Part shown: one piece after another, positions 9,165 through 22,390 of the stretch
Layout: the number at the start of each line of letters is the position of its first letter
How positions within the stretch are numbered: the first letter of the stretch is position 1
Assembly (NCBI GenBank): GCA_913043225.1
Contig: CAJWLU010000002.1
Location: 128,001 to 192,000 of the forward strand
Length of the DNA stretch: 64,000 nucleotides
Reading direction: 5' to 3'
Source: an uncultured Acidobacteriota bacterium
GTDB taxonomy: Bacteria; Acidobacteriota; Vicinamibacteria; Vicinamibacterales; UBA8438
Position numbers and translations under genes: made by a program
The notes under the pieces: generated by a model
What the model saw: only the letters and a program-made list of their open reading frames with translations
What the model was told of the DNA's origin: nothing
Database searches by the model: none

Positions 9165-10166
9165 GTGATTCGGCGTATCGAAACGATAGATGCCCACGTG
9201 GCTGGGCAAGGCGTGCGGATGATTACCGGAGGCTTTCCGGCGCCCGAGGGTTCGACGATGCTCGAGAAGCAGGCGTGGTTGCACGAGCATAACGATGATC
9301 TCCGGCGGGCGCTGATGCGGGAGCCCAGAGGGCACGCAGGGATGTCGGGCGTGATGCTAACCACCCCCTGCGATCCTGAGGCGCTGGCCGGGGTGTTGTT
9401 CATGGATGCCGACGGCTACAGCACGATGTCAGGTCACGGTGTGATCGCGGCCGCTACCATCGCCCTCGATCGGGACCTCATCGGCGTGATGGGTGAACCC
9501 GTGGCCATGACGCTGGAGTCGCCAGCCGGCCTCGTTCGGGTCGACGCGCGTGGCCCCGAATCTGGCGGGCAAGTGTCGTCGGTGAGCTTCGAGAACGTGC
9601 CGTCGTTCGTGCTGCATCCGGCTGTGCCGGTCCCGCTCGACGACCGGGAGGTTCCCGTTGATGTGGCCTTCGGCGGAGCGTTTTACGCGATCGTCGATAG
9701 CGAGACCGTGGGCGTTCCTCTCCGTCGTCAGGGGATTGGCAGATTACGTGAAGTTGGTCTCCGGATCGCGCGCGAGGTCGAGCGTCTCGTCACGGTCGAG
9801 CATCCTGTTCGTCCCGGACTCGCTGGCGTGCATGGGACCATCTTCACGGGACCTCCAGAGCGAGAAGACGCGGCGCTACGAAATCTGACCGTATTCTCAG
9901 ACGGGCAGGTCGAGCGGTCACCGGGTGGCTGCGGCATCGCGGCCGTGATGGCCGTCCTTGACGCCATGCAGCTGATCGAGGTGGGCTTCCGACTGGTGCA
10001 CGAGAGTCTGGCGGATACCCGACTAACCGCCGTCGTTCGTCGGCGGGTCGCCGTGGGAGAACTCGATGGCATCATGCCAGAGATCACCGGCGCCGCCTGG
10101 ATCACCGGCGAGCACACCTTCCTGATCGACGACGAGGATCCGCTTGCCGAGGGGTTTGAGTTCTGA
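9165..10166 (+). CDS. Proline racemase superfamily protein (non-canonical catalytic residues)
   Basis: IDAHVAG, EPRGH, MSGHG, ERSPGGCG and DDEDPLAEGF; GTG start 7 nt after a TATGAT box. Confidence 0.88.
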   Translation: MIRRIETIDAHVAGQGVRMITGGFPAPEGSTMLEKQAWLHEHNDDLRRALMREPRGHAGMSGVMLTTPCDPEALAGVLFMDADGYSTMSGHGVIAAATIALDRDLIGVMGEPVAMTLESPAGLVRVDARGPESGGQVSSVSFENVPSFVLHPAVPVPLDDREVPVDVAFGGAFYAIVDSETVGVPLRRQGIGRLREVGLRIAREVERLVTVEHPVRPGLAGVHGTIFTGPPEREDAALRNLTVFSDGQVERSPGGCGIAAVMAVLDAMQLIEVGFRLVHESLADTRLTAVVRRRVAVGELDGIMPEITGAAWITGEHTFLIDDEDPLAEGFEF

Positions 10167-10176
10167 GGGGCCAGCA

Positions 10177-11799
10177 TTACCATCCCAACGCGACTCCGTC
10201 CTTTCTCGGATCCGATCCTCCCATCAGAACGCCGGAGTCCTGGTCGACGAGCACGCCTTGGAAGCCGCCAAAGCCGAGGTCGGGGCCGGCCCGGTGACCG
10301 CGGTTGACGAGATCGGTCAGCACACGGGCGTCGACGCCTGCTTCGAGCGAGATGCCGGAGGGGTCGTAGCGGGCGCGCGGCGCTTCGCCCGCCTGCTGGA
10401 TATTCATTCCGAAACAGACCAGGTTGAGCAGCACCTGAAGGTGCCCCTGGGGCTGCATGTCTCCGCCCATTACCCCGTAGGCGAGCCAGGGACGCCCGTC
10501 CCGATGGGCCAATGCCGGCGCCAGCGTGTGGAGCGGCCGCTTGGACGGGGCCAGCACGTTCGCGTGGTCAGGGTCGGTGGTGAACATCGCGCCGCGATTG
10601 TGGAGGACGATACCCGTCTCTCCAGCCACGATGCCTGAGCCGAATCCGGCATACAACGACTGGATGAGCGAGACTAGGTTGCCCTGATCGTCGGCGGCCG
10701 CCAGGTAAACGGTGTCTCCGGCTGCCTGACTACCGCCGCTGGCCGGAGTCACTGGGCTGCTGTTGCTCTGTGTGCGGTCCATGCGGATCTGCTGGCGCCG
10801 TTCTCGTGCGTACTCCTTCGAGATCAGCCGGGCCAGCGTCTCGGCCGGTACGGCGTCGGGGTCGGCCAGGTGTGCCGCGCGATCCGCGAACGCGATCGCC
10901 AGCGCCTCGATCACGAGGTGCAGATAGTCGGCGCCGTTGTGCTCCAGCGTTTCCAGCGGTTCGTCGTTTAGGACGTTCAGTGCCTCGAGGGCGACGAAGC
11001 CCTGCGTGTTCGGTGGGAGCTCGATGAGCTCGATGTTTCGAAACGAGGTCCTAATCGGGTCGACCGCGTCTGATCGATGCGCCGCGAGATCTCGTGCGGT
11101 CAGCCATCCACCACGTTGCTCGATATCGCCGCCGATCGCCTCGGCCAGTGCCCCCTGATAGAAGACCCGCGGGCCTTCTTCGGCGATGGCCGACAGACTG
11201 GCGGCCAGTCGCGGATTGGCGAACCGCTCCCCGGGGGCTGGGGGGCGACCGTCTGGGAGGAAGGTGGCGGCGGCGGCCGGATCGGTCGCCAGTAGCGGCG
11301 CCGCGTCCTGCCATTGGCGAGCCACGACCTCGTTCACTGGGAACCCCTCCCGGGCGCAGCCGATCGCCGGTTCGAGCGCGTCGGCCAGCGAGATCGTACC
11401 GTGGGCGGCGAGGAGCTTCGCCCACCCGTCCACGGCTCCCGGGACCGTGATCGGGAGGAGCCCCGAATCGGGCATCTGGTCGTGCCCCTGCTGTCGCAGT
11501 GTGTCCACCGAGGCTGCCGCCGGGGTTCGACCGCTCGCGTTCAGACCATGGGTTCGGCCGTCGTCGCCAGCGTGGACCAGCGCGAATAAGTCGCCTCCGA
11601 TGCCGGTCATGCTCGGTTCGACGACCGTCAGTACCGCGGCGGCCGTGACCGCTGCGTCGATGGCATTGCCGCCCTGTCGGAGCACGTCTAGGCCGGCTAC
11701 CGACGCCTGGGGCTGGCTGGTGGCGACCATACCCTTCTGTCCCAGGGCCACCGAGCGTGAGCCGCGGGTCTCGAGGCTGGGGGCTCCAGGCGTAGTCAC
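10177..11799 (-). CDS. ggt: Gamma-glutamyltransferase family (cytoplasmic)
   Basis: GGNAIDAAV, GIGGDLF, GD-T-VYL autocleavage Thr, GVMGG and SDPRKDG; no signal peptide. Confidence 0.9.
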   Translation of the reverse strand: MTTPGAPSLETRGSRSVALGQKGMVATSQPQASVAGLDVLRQGGNAIDAAVTAAAVLTVVEPSMTGIGGDLFALVHAGDDGRTHGLNASGRTPAAASVDTLRQQGHDQMPDSGLLPITVPGAVDGWAKLLAAHGTISLADALEPAIGCAREGFPVNEVVARQWQDAAPLLATDPAAAATFLPDGRPPAPGERFANPRLAASLSAIAEEGPRVFYQGALAEAIGGDIEQRGGWLTARDLAAHRSDAVDPIRTSFRNIELIELPPNTQGFVALEALNVLNDEPLETLEHNGADYLHLVIEALAIAFADRAAHLADPDAVPAETLARLISKEYARERRQQIRMDRTQSNSSPVTPASGGSQAAGDTVYLAAADDQGNLVSLIQSLYAGFGSGIVAGETGIVLHNRGAMFTTDPDHANVLAPSKRPLHTLAPALAHRDGRPWLAYGVMGGDMQPQGHLQVLLNLVCFGMNIQQAGEAPRARYDPSGISLEAGVDARVLTDLVNRGHRAGPDLGFGGFQGVLVDQDSGVLMGGSDPRKDGVALGW

Positions 11800-12359
11800 A
11801 TGTAGTTCCGGGCGATCTCGACGAAGCGCGTCAGCTCCCGCTCATGCTCGTCGAGAATGTCGTGGCTCCAGCGCTCGGCCAAGGTTTGATGCACCGTCTC
11901 TTGATACCAGACCATGTCGGAGAGTCCGGCCGTGAACACGTCCGCAAAGCTAGGCCCGTACTCTTCCAGCCCGGCAACCATGCTCGAGAGGTTGTGGATC
12001 TTGTCGGCCGACGCCACGGCCCGCGCATCGTCGCGAGGGGTGTCTCGAATCTGGGTGATATAGGAGTCTTTGCGGGTGCGCCAGCTGACTCTGCGTGGCG
12101 GCTCGGTCACGTCCTCCACGGTGGCCAGCACGTCGGGACCGAAGCGTCGCTCGATGATCTTGCGTTCGAGGTCCGTGTCTTCGAGCGTGTCGTGGAGGAT
12201 GCCCGCGATGACGGCGTTCTCGTTGAAGCCGGAGTCTTTGACGATTAGCCCGACCGCCAGAACGTGGGTGGCTTCGAAGCTACGGCCGCTCTTGCGTCGG
12301 CCGAGCCCGTGAGCCTCGAGCATCGTCGTGATCGCGAGCTCGATGCGGGGTGAAAGCAT
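11796..12359 (-). CDS. HD-domain protein, Mesh1/small alarmone hydrolase-like
   Basis: AH..RRKSG, H..AV, LHDTLEDT and ADKIHN motifs of the RSH hydrolase domain; no synthetase domain. Confidence 0.8.
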   Translation of the reverse strand: MLSPRIELAITTMLEAHGLGRRKSGRSFEATHVLAVGLIVKDSGFNENAVIAGILHDTLEDTDLERKIIERRFGPDVLATVEDVTEPPRRVSWRTRKDSYITQIRDTPRDDARAVASADKIHNLSSMVAGLEEYGPSFADVFTAGLSDMVWYQETVHQTLAERWSHDILDEHERELTRFVEIARNYM

Positions 12360-12377
12360 GAAGCGGTCGACGGTAGG

Positions 12378-13274
12378 CTACTGGGTGGGTGCGACGTAGC
12401 TGCGTCGAGCGCGGGCTCGCATGCCAGGATTGTTGACCCGGACTTCGAGGTCGTGGACCTCACCGTCGCGGCGGGTCGGCGTGAACCCGAGCACGTACTG
12501 GCTGTGCAGCTCCTGGGCGACCCTGGTAAAGGTCGATCCCAGCTCATCGGTATCTTTCAGCTCGAAGTAGCCACCGCCGGTCTCTTCGGCAAAGTCTTCG
12601 AGTCGACCATCGGGTCGCGTCTTCGTGAAGCGTAGGCCGTTGTGATACTCCGCTTCCATGCCGATGGAGTAGATCATCACGTCGTTGACACGCGCCTCCT
12701 CGACCACGTCTCGCCAGCCGGTGTCACCCATCGTGTTCTCCCCGTCGGTGAACACCAGCACGACCTTACGCCCCTCGACATCCTTCAGTTCTTGGATGCT
12801 GGCGGCTACTGCGTCGTAGAGTCGCGTCGGGTTGCCGAACTGCAGCCGGTCGAGCGCTTCGATCAGTTCGTCGCGGTCTCCGGTGAACCCGGTCTCGGGC
12901 AGGATCTGGATCTTGGCGTTGAAGGCGCCAACCTTACCCTTATCTTCGGGCAGCATCCTGATTAGAAACTGCTCGGCACCGGCCATCAGAAGATCGAGGT
13001 TTAGTGTCATGCTGGAGCTCGTGTCCAGCATCACGACTACGGTGATCGGGCGTACGTCACTCTCGAAGAGGACGATTTCCTGTTCCTCGCCCTCGTCGAA
13101 GATCGCGAAGTCTTCCTGGAGTAGACCCGGGACCAGGCGGCCGTTATCTTCGGTCACGGTCACGAACAGGTCGACCAGTTCGGTGCCGGACCGGAACAAG
13201 GGCTGCTGAGCGGCGATGGCGGCCACCGAGAGTGCCGTGGCGAGTAGCGCGATAGCGGTCGTGTGTCTGCGCAT
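12378..13274 (-). CDS. Secreted VWA-domain protein (acidobacterial type)
   Basis: Signal peptide; FRSGTELV start; MIDAS DTSSS, TRLYDA, FTDG; YVLGF..RARRSY tail. Confidence 0.88.
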   Translation of the reverse strand: MRRHTTAIALLATALSVAAIAAQQPLFRSGTELVDLFVTVTEDNGRLVPGLLQEDFAIFDEGEEQEIVLFESDVRPITVVVMLDTSSSMTLNLDLLMAGAEQFLIRMLPEDKGKVGAFNAKIQILPETGFTGDRDELIEALDRLQFGNPTRLYDAVAASIQELKDVEGRKVVLVFTDGENTMGDTGWRDVVEEARVNDVMIYSIGMEAEYHNGLRFTKTRPDGRLEDFAEETGGGYFELKDTDELGSTFTRVAQELHSQYVLGFTPTRRDGEVHDLEVRVNNPGMRARARRSYVAPTQ

Positions 13275-13354
13275 GATCCGAGCTTAGCAAGCTTCCGAGA
13301 GAGCGCGCAAATTTGCGTAGGCTGGGGTGGTAGGAGATCTCTCAGATAACGGCA

Positions 13355-13392
13355 TTGACAATATATATCCATAAATAAATATTTATAGATAT
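13355..13392 (+). promoter_or_regulatory. Promoter and palindromic operator of sahR-metH
   Basis: TTGACA at 13355; 28-bp AT-rich imperfect palindrome ATATCCATAAATAAATATTTATAGATAT at 13365-13392 overlaps the ATG. Confidence 0.7.
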
Positions 13393-14347
13393 GAGGGAAG
13401 CGAGTAGCCTATTCCGCCTGCTGGGCGACGAAGCTCGTCTCCGATTGTTGCGTCTGCTGACCAGGGAACGTCTCAACGTCAGCGAGTTGACCGCCGTGCT
13501 GGGCATCGCCCAGTCGGGGGTCTCTCGCCACGTCGGTTTGCTTCGTGACGCCGGGCTGGTGTGCGACGAGCGCGTCGGGGGCTTCACGTTTCTGCGTGCC
13601 GAGCCTGACGAACAGGATCCGACCCTTGGTCCGATCTGGGTGCTGCTTCGCACTCATTTCGAGCGCACCAACGGCGACGACGCTGTCCGCGGCGACGAGG
13701 TTCGGCTTCGTGAGGTGCTCCGACGCCGGCGGCAGAATGCCGAGCTCCATAGCGCTGGGCAAGGGGCTGCAGTGAGCCAGATGGTGCCGGGACGTAGCTG
13801 GGCCGCCTGGGCCCGAGGACTCGGGTTGCTGCTGCCGTCGTGGACGGTGGCGGACCTTGGCTGTGGCGAGGGGCATCTGACGCTGGAACTGGCCGCGTGG
13901 GCGGAGCGGGTGATCGGAGTGGACCGGTCCGAACAGGTGCTGGCGAGGGCTCGCTCGCTCGCGGGTGACCGAGGTATCGAGAACGTGGAATGGCGGCGCG
14001 GCGAGATCGAGGAGTTGCCTCTCGAGTCCGGCATGGCCGATCTGGCCGTGCTGTCGCAGGCGCTGCACCATGCCGACGACCCGAGACGGGCGTTGTCGGA
14101 GGCAGTCCGGATCCTGACGCAGGGAGGGCGACTGCTGCTGCTCGATCTACGGCGCCACGAAGAGACCTGGACGCGTGAGCGGTTCGGCGACCGCTGGCCT
14201 GGCTTCGCGGACGACCAGCTTTACGAGATGATGACCGCCGCCGGTTTCGACACGGTGCGGGTGCGGCCGGTGACGTCGGCCGATGAAAATGCTCCCTTCG
14301 CCGTGGTGGCGGCCGTCGGCGTTCGAACAGGAGCGCCGGCGAGTTAG
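13391..14347 (+). CDS. sahR: ArsR HTH + SAM-binding methyltransferase-fold regulator (SahR/SamR-like)
   Basis: N-terminal ArsR HTH (QSGVSRH), DLGCGEG SAM motif, LSQALHH; directly upstream of metH. Confidence 0.8.
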   Translation: MREASSLFRLLGDEARLRLLRLLTRERLNVSELTAVLGIAQSGVSRHVGLLRDAGLVCDERVGGFTFLRAEPDEQDPTLGPIWVLLRTHFERTNGDDAVRGDEVRLREVLRRRRQNAELHSAGQGAAVSQMVPGRSWAAWARGLGLLLPSWTVADLGCGEGHLTLELAAWAERVIGVDRSEQVLARARSLAGDRGIENVEWRRGEIEELPLESGMADLAVLSQALHHADDPRRALSEAVRILTQGGRLLLLDLRRHEETWTRERFGDRWPGFADDQLYEMMTAAGFDTVRVRPVTSADENAPFAVVAAVGVRTGAPAS

Positions 14348-14370
14348 ACGAAGGAAGGACACGCGGGACG

Positions 14371-18093
<3,723 letters not shown>

Positions 18094-18501
18094 CTATTCG
18101 CCGAGGTGCAGCACCAACTGCCGGGTCGAGCCGCGGCGCCGGTGTTCCCACAAGTAGATCCCCTGCCAGGTTCCCAATGCGAGACGTCCCGCGACGATTG
18201 GGACTGAGAGGGTCGTTGAGGTCAGCGCCGACCGGATGTGGGAGGGCATGTCGTCTGGGCCTTCCAGTGTGTGGGTGAAGTTCGGGTCGTTCTCCGGGAC
18301 GTGCCGGTCCAGCCAGTTCTCCAGGTCCCGCCGGGCTGATGGGTCGGCGTTTTCCTGGATACTCAGGCTGGCCGACGTGTGCTGGATTAGGATGGTGCAG
18401 AGCCCCTCGGTGAGCCTGCTGTCGGCGACCGCCTGCGCGATCTCGCGCGTCACGTCGAGGAGCCCCTTGCCAGGGGTCGGGATACTGATCTGTCGGATCA
18501 T
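18094..18501 (-). CDS. yjbQ: YjbQ/UPF0047 protein
   Basis: HTSASL, QENADP, EGPDDMPSH and LGTWQGIYLWEHR; likely start MIRQI at 18501. Confidence 0.9.
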   Translation of the reverse strand: MIRQISIPTPGKGLLDVTREIAQAVADSRLTEGLCTILIQHTSASLSIQENADPSARRDLENWLDRHVPENDPNFTHTLEGPDDMPSHIRSALTSTTLSVPIVAGRLALGTWQGIYLWEHRRRGSTRQLVLHLGE

Positions 18502-18794
18502 GTCGTTGGCCTCTTCCGCGCCGCCGTGAAGGTTTCGAGTTCTTCCAGTGCCTTCAGCCGGTTGCTTTTCAGCAGCCGAGACAGCGACCGGTCGACCGAG
18601 TAGACCTTCTGGCCTTGGTTCTGTCCGACTGGTGGGTTCACTGACCAAAGGACGATCGAATCCCCAAAACGCACCCGCTAGGGCAGTTACCAGGTCGTAC
18701 GAGCTCGTAGCCGCTCCGCGTATACCGTTAAGTCCTGGGATTCTGGCATGCCGACTGACAACCTTCGTCAGTGTAAGATCACCGACTGGCATTG

Positions 18795-19388
18795 ATGGAA
18801 TATCACATTCGCCAGTACGGCCTGCAGCAGGGCGCACTCGAGATTCAGTACATCGAGGAGTACTTCGGCGAGTTTCCGCGTCGGAAGACTTCGTCTGAGG
18901 TTGTGGGCCGCCTCGACAACCGGGATCATCAGATCCTGATGGCCGAGGCCGCGCTCCCCGATGACCCGGGGACCGTTGTGCCGGTAGCCTACAAGGTGTC
19001 GCACGAGCTGAAGGTGGGCGAGACCGACCCGAAGCTTGCTGATCTGGTACACCGCCTCGGCGCGCACGTCGCCTTCCAGAACCGCCGCGTGCTCTACAGC
19101 TGGATTGGGGGCACCCGCCGTGACTGGCGCGGCCAAGGCTTCTTCCGCGCCCTGACCGAGCAGCAGGAGGCGTGGGCACTCGACAACGGCTTCGACGAAG
19201 TGGTGGTTAAGACCAAGAACCGCTTCTATGCGATGCGGAGCACACTCGATCATCTCGAGTTCAACGTCATCAAATTGGAGCCGAGCGAGGAAGACCCACG
19301 CGAGTCGAAGGTCTATCTCAGCAAGTGGCTCGGCCGCGAGGTGCTCGATGGGCACCGAAGCACGCGTGAGGTCATTAACGTCGGCTGA
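18795..19388 (+). CDS. GNAT-family acetyltransferase
   Basis: YSWIGG..RDWRGQG acetyl-CoA motif, VKTKNRFYAM. Confidence 0.75.
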   Translation: MEYHIRQYGLQQGALEIQYIEEYFGEFPRRKTSSEVVGRLDNRDHQILMAEAALPDDPGTVVPVAYKVSHELKVGETDPKLADLVHRLGAHVAFQNRRVLYSWIGGTRRDWRGQGFFRALTEQQEAWALDNGFDEVVVKTKNRFYAMRSTLDHLEFNVIKLEPSEEDPRESKVYLSKWLGREVLDGHRSTREVINVG

Positions 19389-19399
19389 TCTGGTCCCCC

Positions 19400-22354
19400 A
19401 TGCCCACCCCAGCCACCATCAGTCGCTTCGAGGTTAAGAGAGAACTCGGCCACGGCGGAATGGGGCTGTTGTACCTCGCGCTCGACCCGGTGATCGACCG
19501 CCTGGTCGCAGTGAAGTTACTTCGCGTCGATACCGAAGAAATGAGGGCTCGCTTCCTCCGGGAGGCTCGCACCGCAGGTCGCCTTCAGCACAAGAACATC
19601 GTCACTATCTATGACGTCGGTATCCACGACGATCAACCGTTCATTGCTATGGAGTACATCAAGGGCGAAACACTGTCCGAGATCTTCTCCAGGAAAGCTA
19701 CATTCTCTGTCGACCAGAAGCTCGAGTTGCTGGAACAGCTGTGTGACGGTCTTGCCTGTGCGCACGACGCAGGCCTGATTCACCGAGACATCAAGCCTGC
19801 CAACCTGATGGTTGCCGAGGGCTCTAATGAACTCAAGATTCTGGACTTCGGGATCGCGCGTTCAACCGATTTGTCGGGTTTCACTCAGACTGGAGCCATC
19901 ATCGGGACACCGAACTACATGTCCCCGGAACAAGCGCAAGGACGCCCGGTTGATTACAAGAGCGACATTTTCTCTGTAGGCGCTGTCGTATACGAGTTTC
20001 TGACCTATCGACGGGCGTTCCCTGGGCGAGGTCTTCGTGCCGTGATCGACGAGGTGCCTCGTCCAGTCGCCGAGGTTGTCCCTTCTCTTCCATCTGTTCT
20101 GGATGACATCGTTAATAGCGCTTTAACCAAATCGCCAGATGACCGATGCCAGTCGCTCAGAGTCATCGCGTCTCGACTCGCCAGTGTCCGGAAGAATCCG
20201 GGTACTCATGTGGGTTCAGCCGTCACCATACAGAGCGAGGATGCACTGGCGGCCAGTCGTATTGCTGCCGAAGACGCTACAGAATTCGAGAAGCTGTTCT
20301 TGGCCGCCAGCGAAAACTTCCGAGAGGAGAACCTCGAGAAGGCGCTCATTCTCGTCAATGAAGCCCTCGACATCACTCCCAGCAAGAAGTGCGCCTCCCT
20401 GAAGGCGCAGATTCTTGACGTTCTTGATGCTCGCGACAAGGAACGTGGTCGGCGTGGCTCTATTCATCGTGGCCTGCAAGCCGGGCGAGACCATCTCCGC
20501 AAGGGTGCTGTCGAAGCTGCCCTGAGAGCCGCCGATGAGGTTCTGGCTTACGACGAAGACAACCGAGACGCCCTCAAACTTAAAGAGGACGCACAGCGCC
20601 TCTCCAGCGAGAAGGACGCCGCTAAGCAGGACACCACCGTCGTCGCACTTGATGACCTGTCGGGCCGGACAGTCGACGTACGTCAAGCACCGACCGCTCG
20701 CAAGAGACCCATGCGCTCGTGGGTTGCCGCGTCGGCTATTGGAGCGGTCGTTCTTGTAGTGTTTGTGCTTCAGTTCAATGCTTCTCGTACGGAGGAGCAA
20801 CGGATTCAGGAAGCCCTGACTCTGTATTCTTCTGGGCAGCGTGATGAGGCGTTATCTCTGCTGGAGGACTTGCCATCGCCGAGCGAGGCGGAAGCCGAAG
20901 CACTCGACACACTAAGGTCGCGTTTGGTGAGCGAGGCCGCCGATTTCGTTGAGCAAGCTACAGTTCTCGTAGGTCAGGGCTTACCCGAAGCGGCGCTTGA
21001 ACTGCTGCGGTCGTTTTCTCCGCCTGACGAAGGTGTCACGGCGCTGCTCAGAGAGATCGAGGCGGCTGGCTCGGGCGATTCACTCGAATTGATCGGTCAG
21101 GCTCAAGACCTCTACGGGCAGGGTTTGCGACAAGACGCTTTCGATCTGCTCGCCACCGGCGACGCGAGTGCTTCAGCCGTTCAGGAGACCCTGGCGGAAT
21201 TGACGGCGCGGTGGGAAGACGACAGTAGGACGCTAACGCAAGAAGCACGATCTGCGGCAGACGAAGGCAATCTCGAAGAAGCCATTGCTCTGCTCGAGTC
21301 ATTCTCCCCGTCAGACGACACCATTAGAGCTGCTCTCGAGGACTTCCGAGGACGACTTGGAACAATCGAAGCGGCGAGGGCAGCGAGTGAGCGAAGTAAT
21401 CAATTGTTCGTCGCCGGACAACGTGTCGAGGCACTACGAATACTCGACGAGTTTTCTCCTGCGACTGAGCTGATCTCCGAAGAACGACGCCGATTACAGG
21501 ACGCACTCGTTAGCTTAGCGACCGCCAGGATTGACGAGGCGCGTCAACTGGCAGTTCGTGGCAGTTTGGACGAAGCCGTGACCTTACTTGGACGGTTCGA
21601 GCCACGAACCGAGGCAGTTGCAGAGGCCCTGAGCGAGCTCAGCAGTGAACTGAACAGACAGGTCCTTGCCGCGGCCACCGTTGCTGATGCTCAACAGCTG
21701 GCCGCTGAAGGCAATTGGGATCAGGCGTTTGCGCGGTTTGAAGAGGTCGAGAGGAGCCAATCTACAGAGGCCGCTCTCGATTCGCTTCGCCGGGAGTGGA
21801 ACCTGGAAGCGACCGCCGTCGCTGCGGATGCTCAGGCACTGGCCGATTCAGGTGACTTGGCTGGTGCACTCCGGACATTGGCTCAGTTCAGGGGAGGGCA
21901 CCCGGCGATAACTGTAGCCGAGAACCGACTAGCGGCACTGGTGAATGCTCCCGCGCCGGAAGCTGTCGAGGCCGCACCAGCAGCCAGTGATCCGACCTTG
22001 AATCTCGAAGCGCGTCTGTTGGCGCTATCGGACCAATCCGAGGACATCGTCTCTCGTTTCATCGAGCTATATGAAGACCTTGACGCCGAGGGTATGACAA
22101 GCGTCTGGCGGACGGCTACCGAGAGCGACTTGGCGCCCCTGGCTGAGACTTTCAGAAACTTCAGGTCGGCAGAGATCCAGTATCGTGACTGCGATCCTGA
22201 ACTACGCAACGACACGAGTGCGGTTGTCTATTGCTCTGTAGCGGTTGAATACCAGCCGGTTGCCGGAGCTAGGCTACAGGTGCCGGCCGTCGGCTGGCAG
22301 TTTGAGTTGCGGTGGGAGAATGAAGAGTGGCGACTCGTCAACTGGAGCCGTTGA
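19400..22354 (+). CDS. Transmembrane Hanks-type Ser/Thr kinase with TPR-like repeats
   Basis: GHGGMG, VAVK, HRDIKPAN, DFG and GTPNYMSPE; central TM helix; helical repeats. Confidence 0.92.
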   Translation: MPTPATISRFEVKRELGHGGMGLLYLALDPVIDRLVAVKLLRVDTEEMRARFLREARTAGRLQHKNIVTIYDVGIHDDQPFIAMEYIKGETLSEIFSRKATFSVDQKLELLEQLCDGLACAHDAGLIHRDIKPANLMVAEGSNELKILDFGIARSTDLSGFTQTGAIIGTPNYMSPEQAQGRPVDYKSDIFSVGAVVYEFLTYRRAFPGRGLRAVIDEVPRPVAEVVPSLPSVLDDIVNSALTKSPDDRCQSLRVIASRLASVRKNPGTHVGSAVTIQSEDALAASRIAAEDATEFEKLFLAASENFREENLEKALILVNEALDITPSKKCASLKAQILDVLDARDKERGRRGSIHRGLQAGRDHLRKGAVEAALRAADEVLAYDEDNRDALKLKEDAQRLSSEKDAAKQDTTVVALDDLSGRTVDVRQAPTARKRPMRSWVAASAIGAVVLVVFVLQFNASRTEEQRIQEALTLYSSGQRDEALSLLEDLPSPSEAEAEALDTLRSRLVSEAADFVEQATVLVGQGLPEAALELLRSFSPPDEGVTALLREIEAAGSGDSLELIGQAQDLYGQGLRQDAFDLLATGDASASAVQETLAELTARWEDDSRTLTQEARSAADEGNLEEAIALLESFSPSDDTIRAALEDFRGRLGTIEAARAASERSNQLFVAGQRVEALRILDEFSPATELISEERRRLQDALVSLATARIDEARQLAVRGSLDEAVTLLGRFEPRTEAVAEALSELSSELNRQVLAAATVADAQQLAAEGNWDQAFARFEEVERSQSTEAALDSLRREWNLEATAVAADAQALADSGDLAGALRTLAQFRGGHPAITVAENRLAALVNAPAPEAVEAAPAASDPTLNLEARLLALSDQSEDIVSRFIELYEDLDAEGMTSVWRTATESDLAPLAETFRNFRSAEIQYRDCDPELRNDTSAVVYCSVAVEYQPVAGARLQVPAVGWQFELRWENEEWRLVNWSR

Positions 22355-22390
22355 TGCTTGTCAACCCTGCATAGTGAGAGACCGTCTCAC

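Noticed and set aside
13275..14370. SAM or cobalamin riboswitch ahead of metH
   Set aside because: Intergenic space is too short and no aptamer consensus was seen; a protein regulator with an operator explains the control
18754..18772. ACTGAC-N7-GTCAGT dyad upstream of the GNAT gene
   Set aside because: Single short dyad that could arise by chance; no cognate regulator nearby
18502..19179. Long N-terminal extensions in the ORF track (yjbQ, and likewise M20, glnB, glnK, torF, TPR, sir-coupled hypothetical)
   Set aside because: They overlap neighboring genes, and family-like sequence begins only at the downstream starts used here
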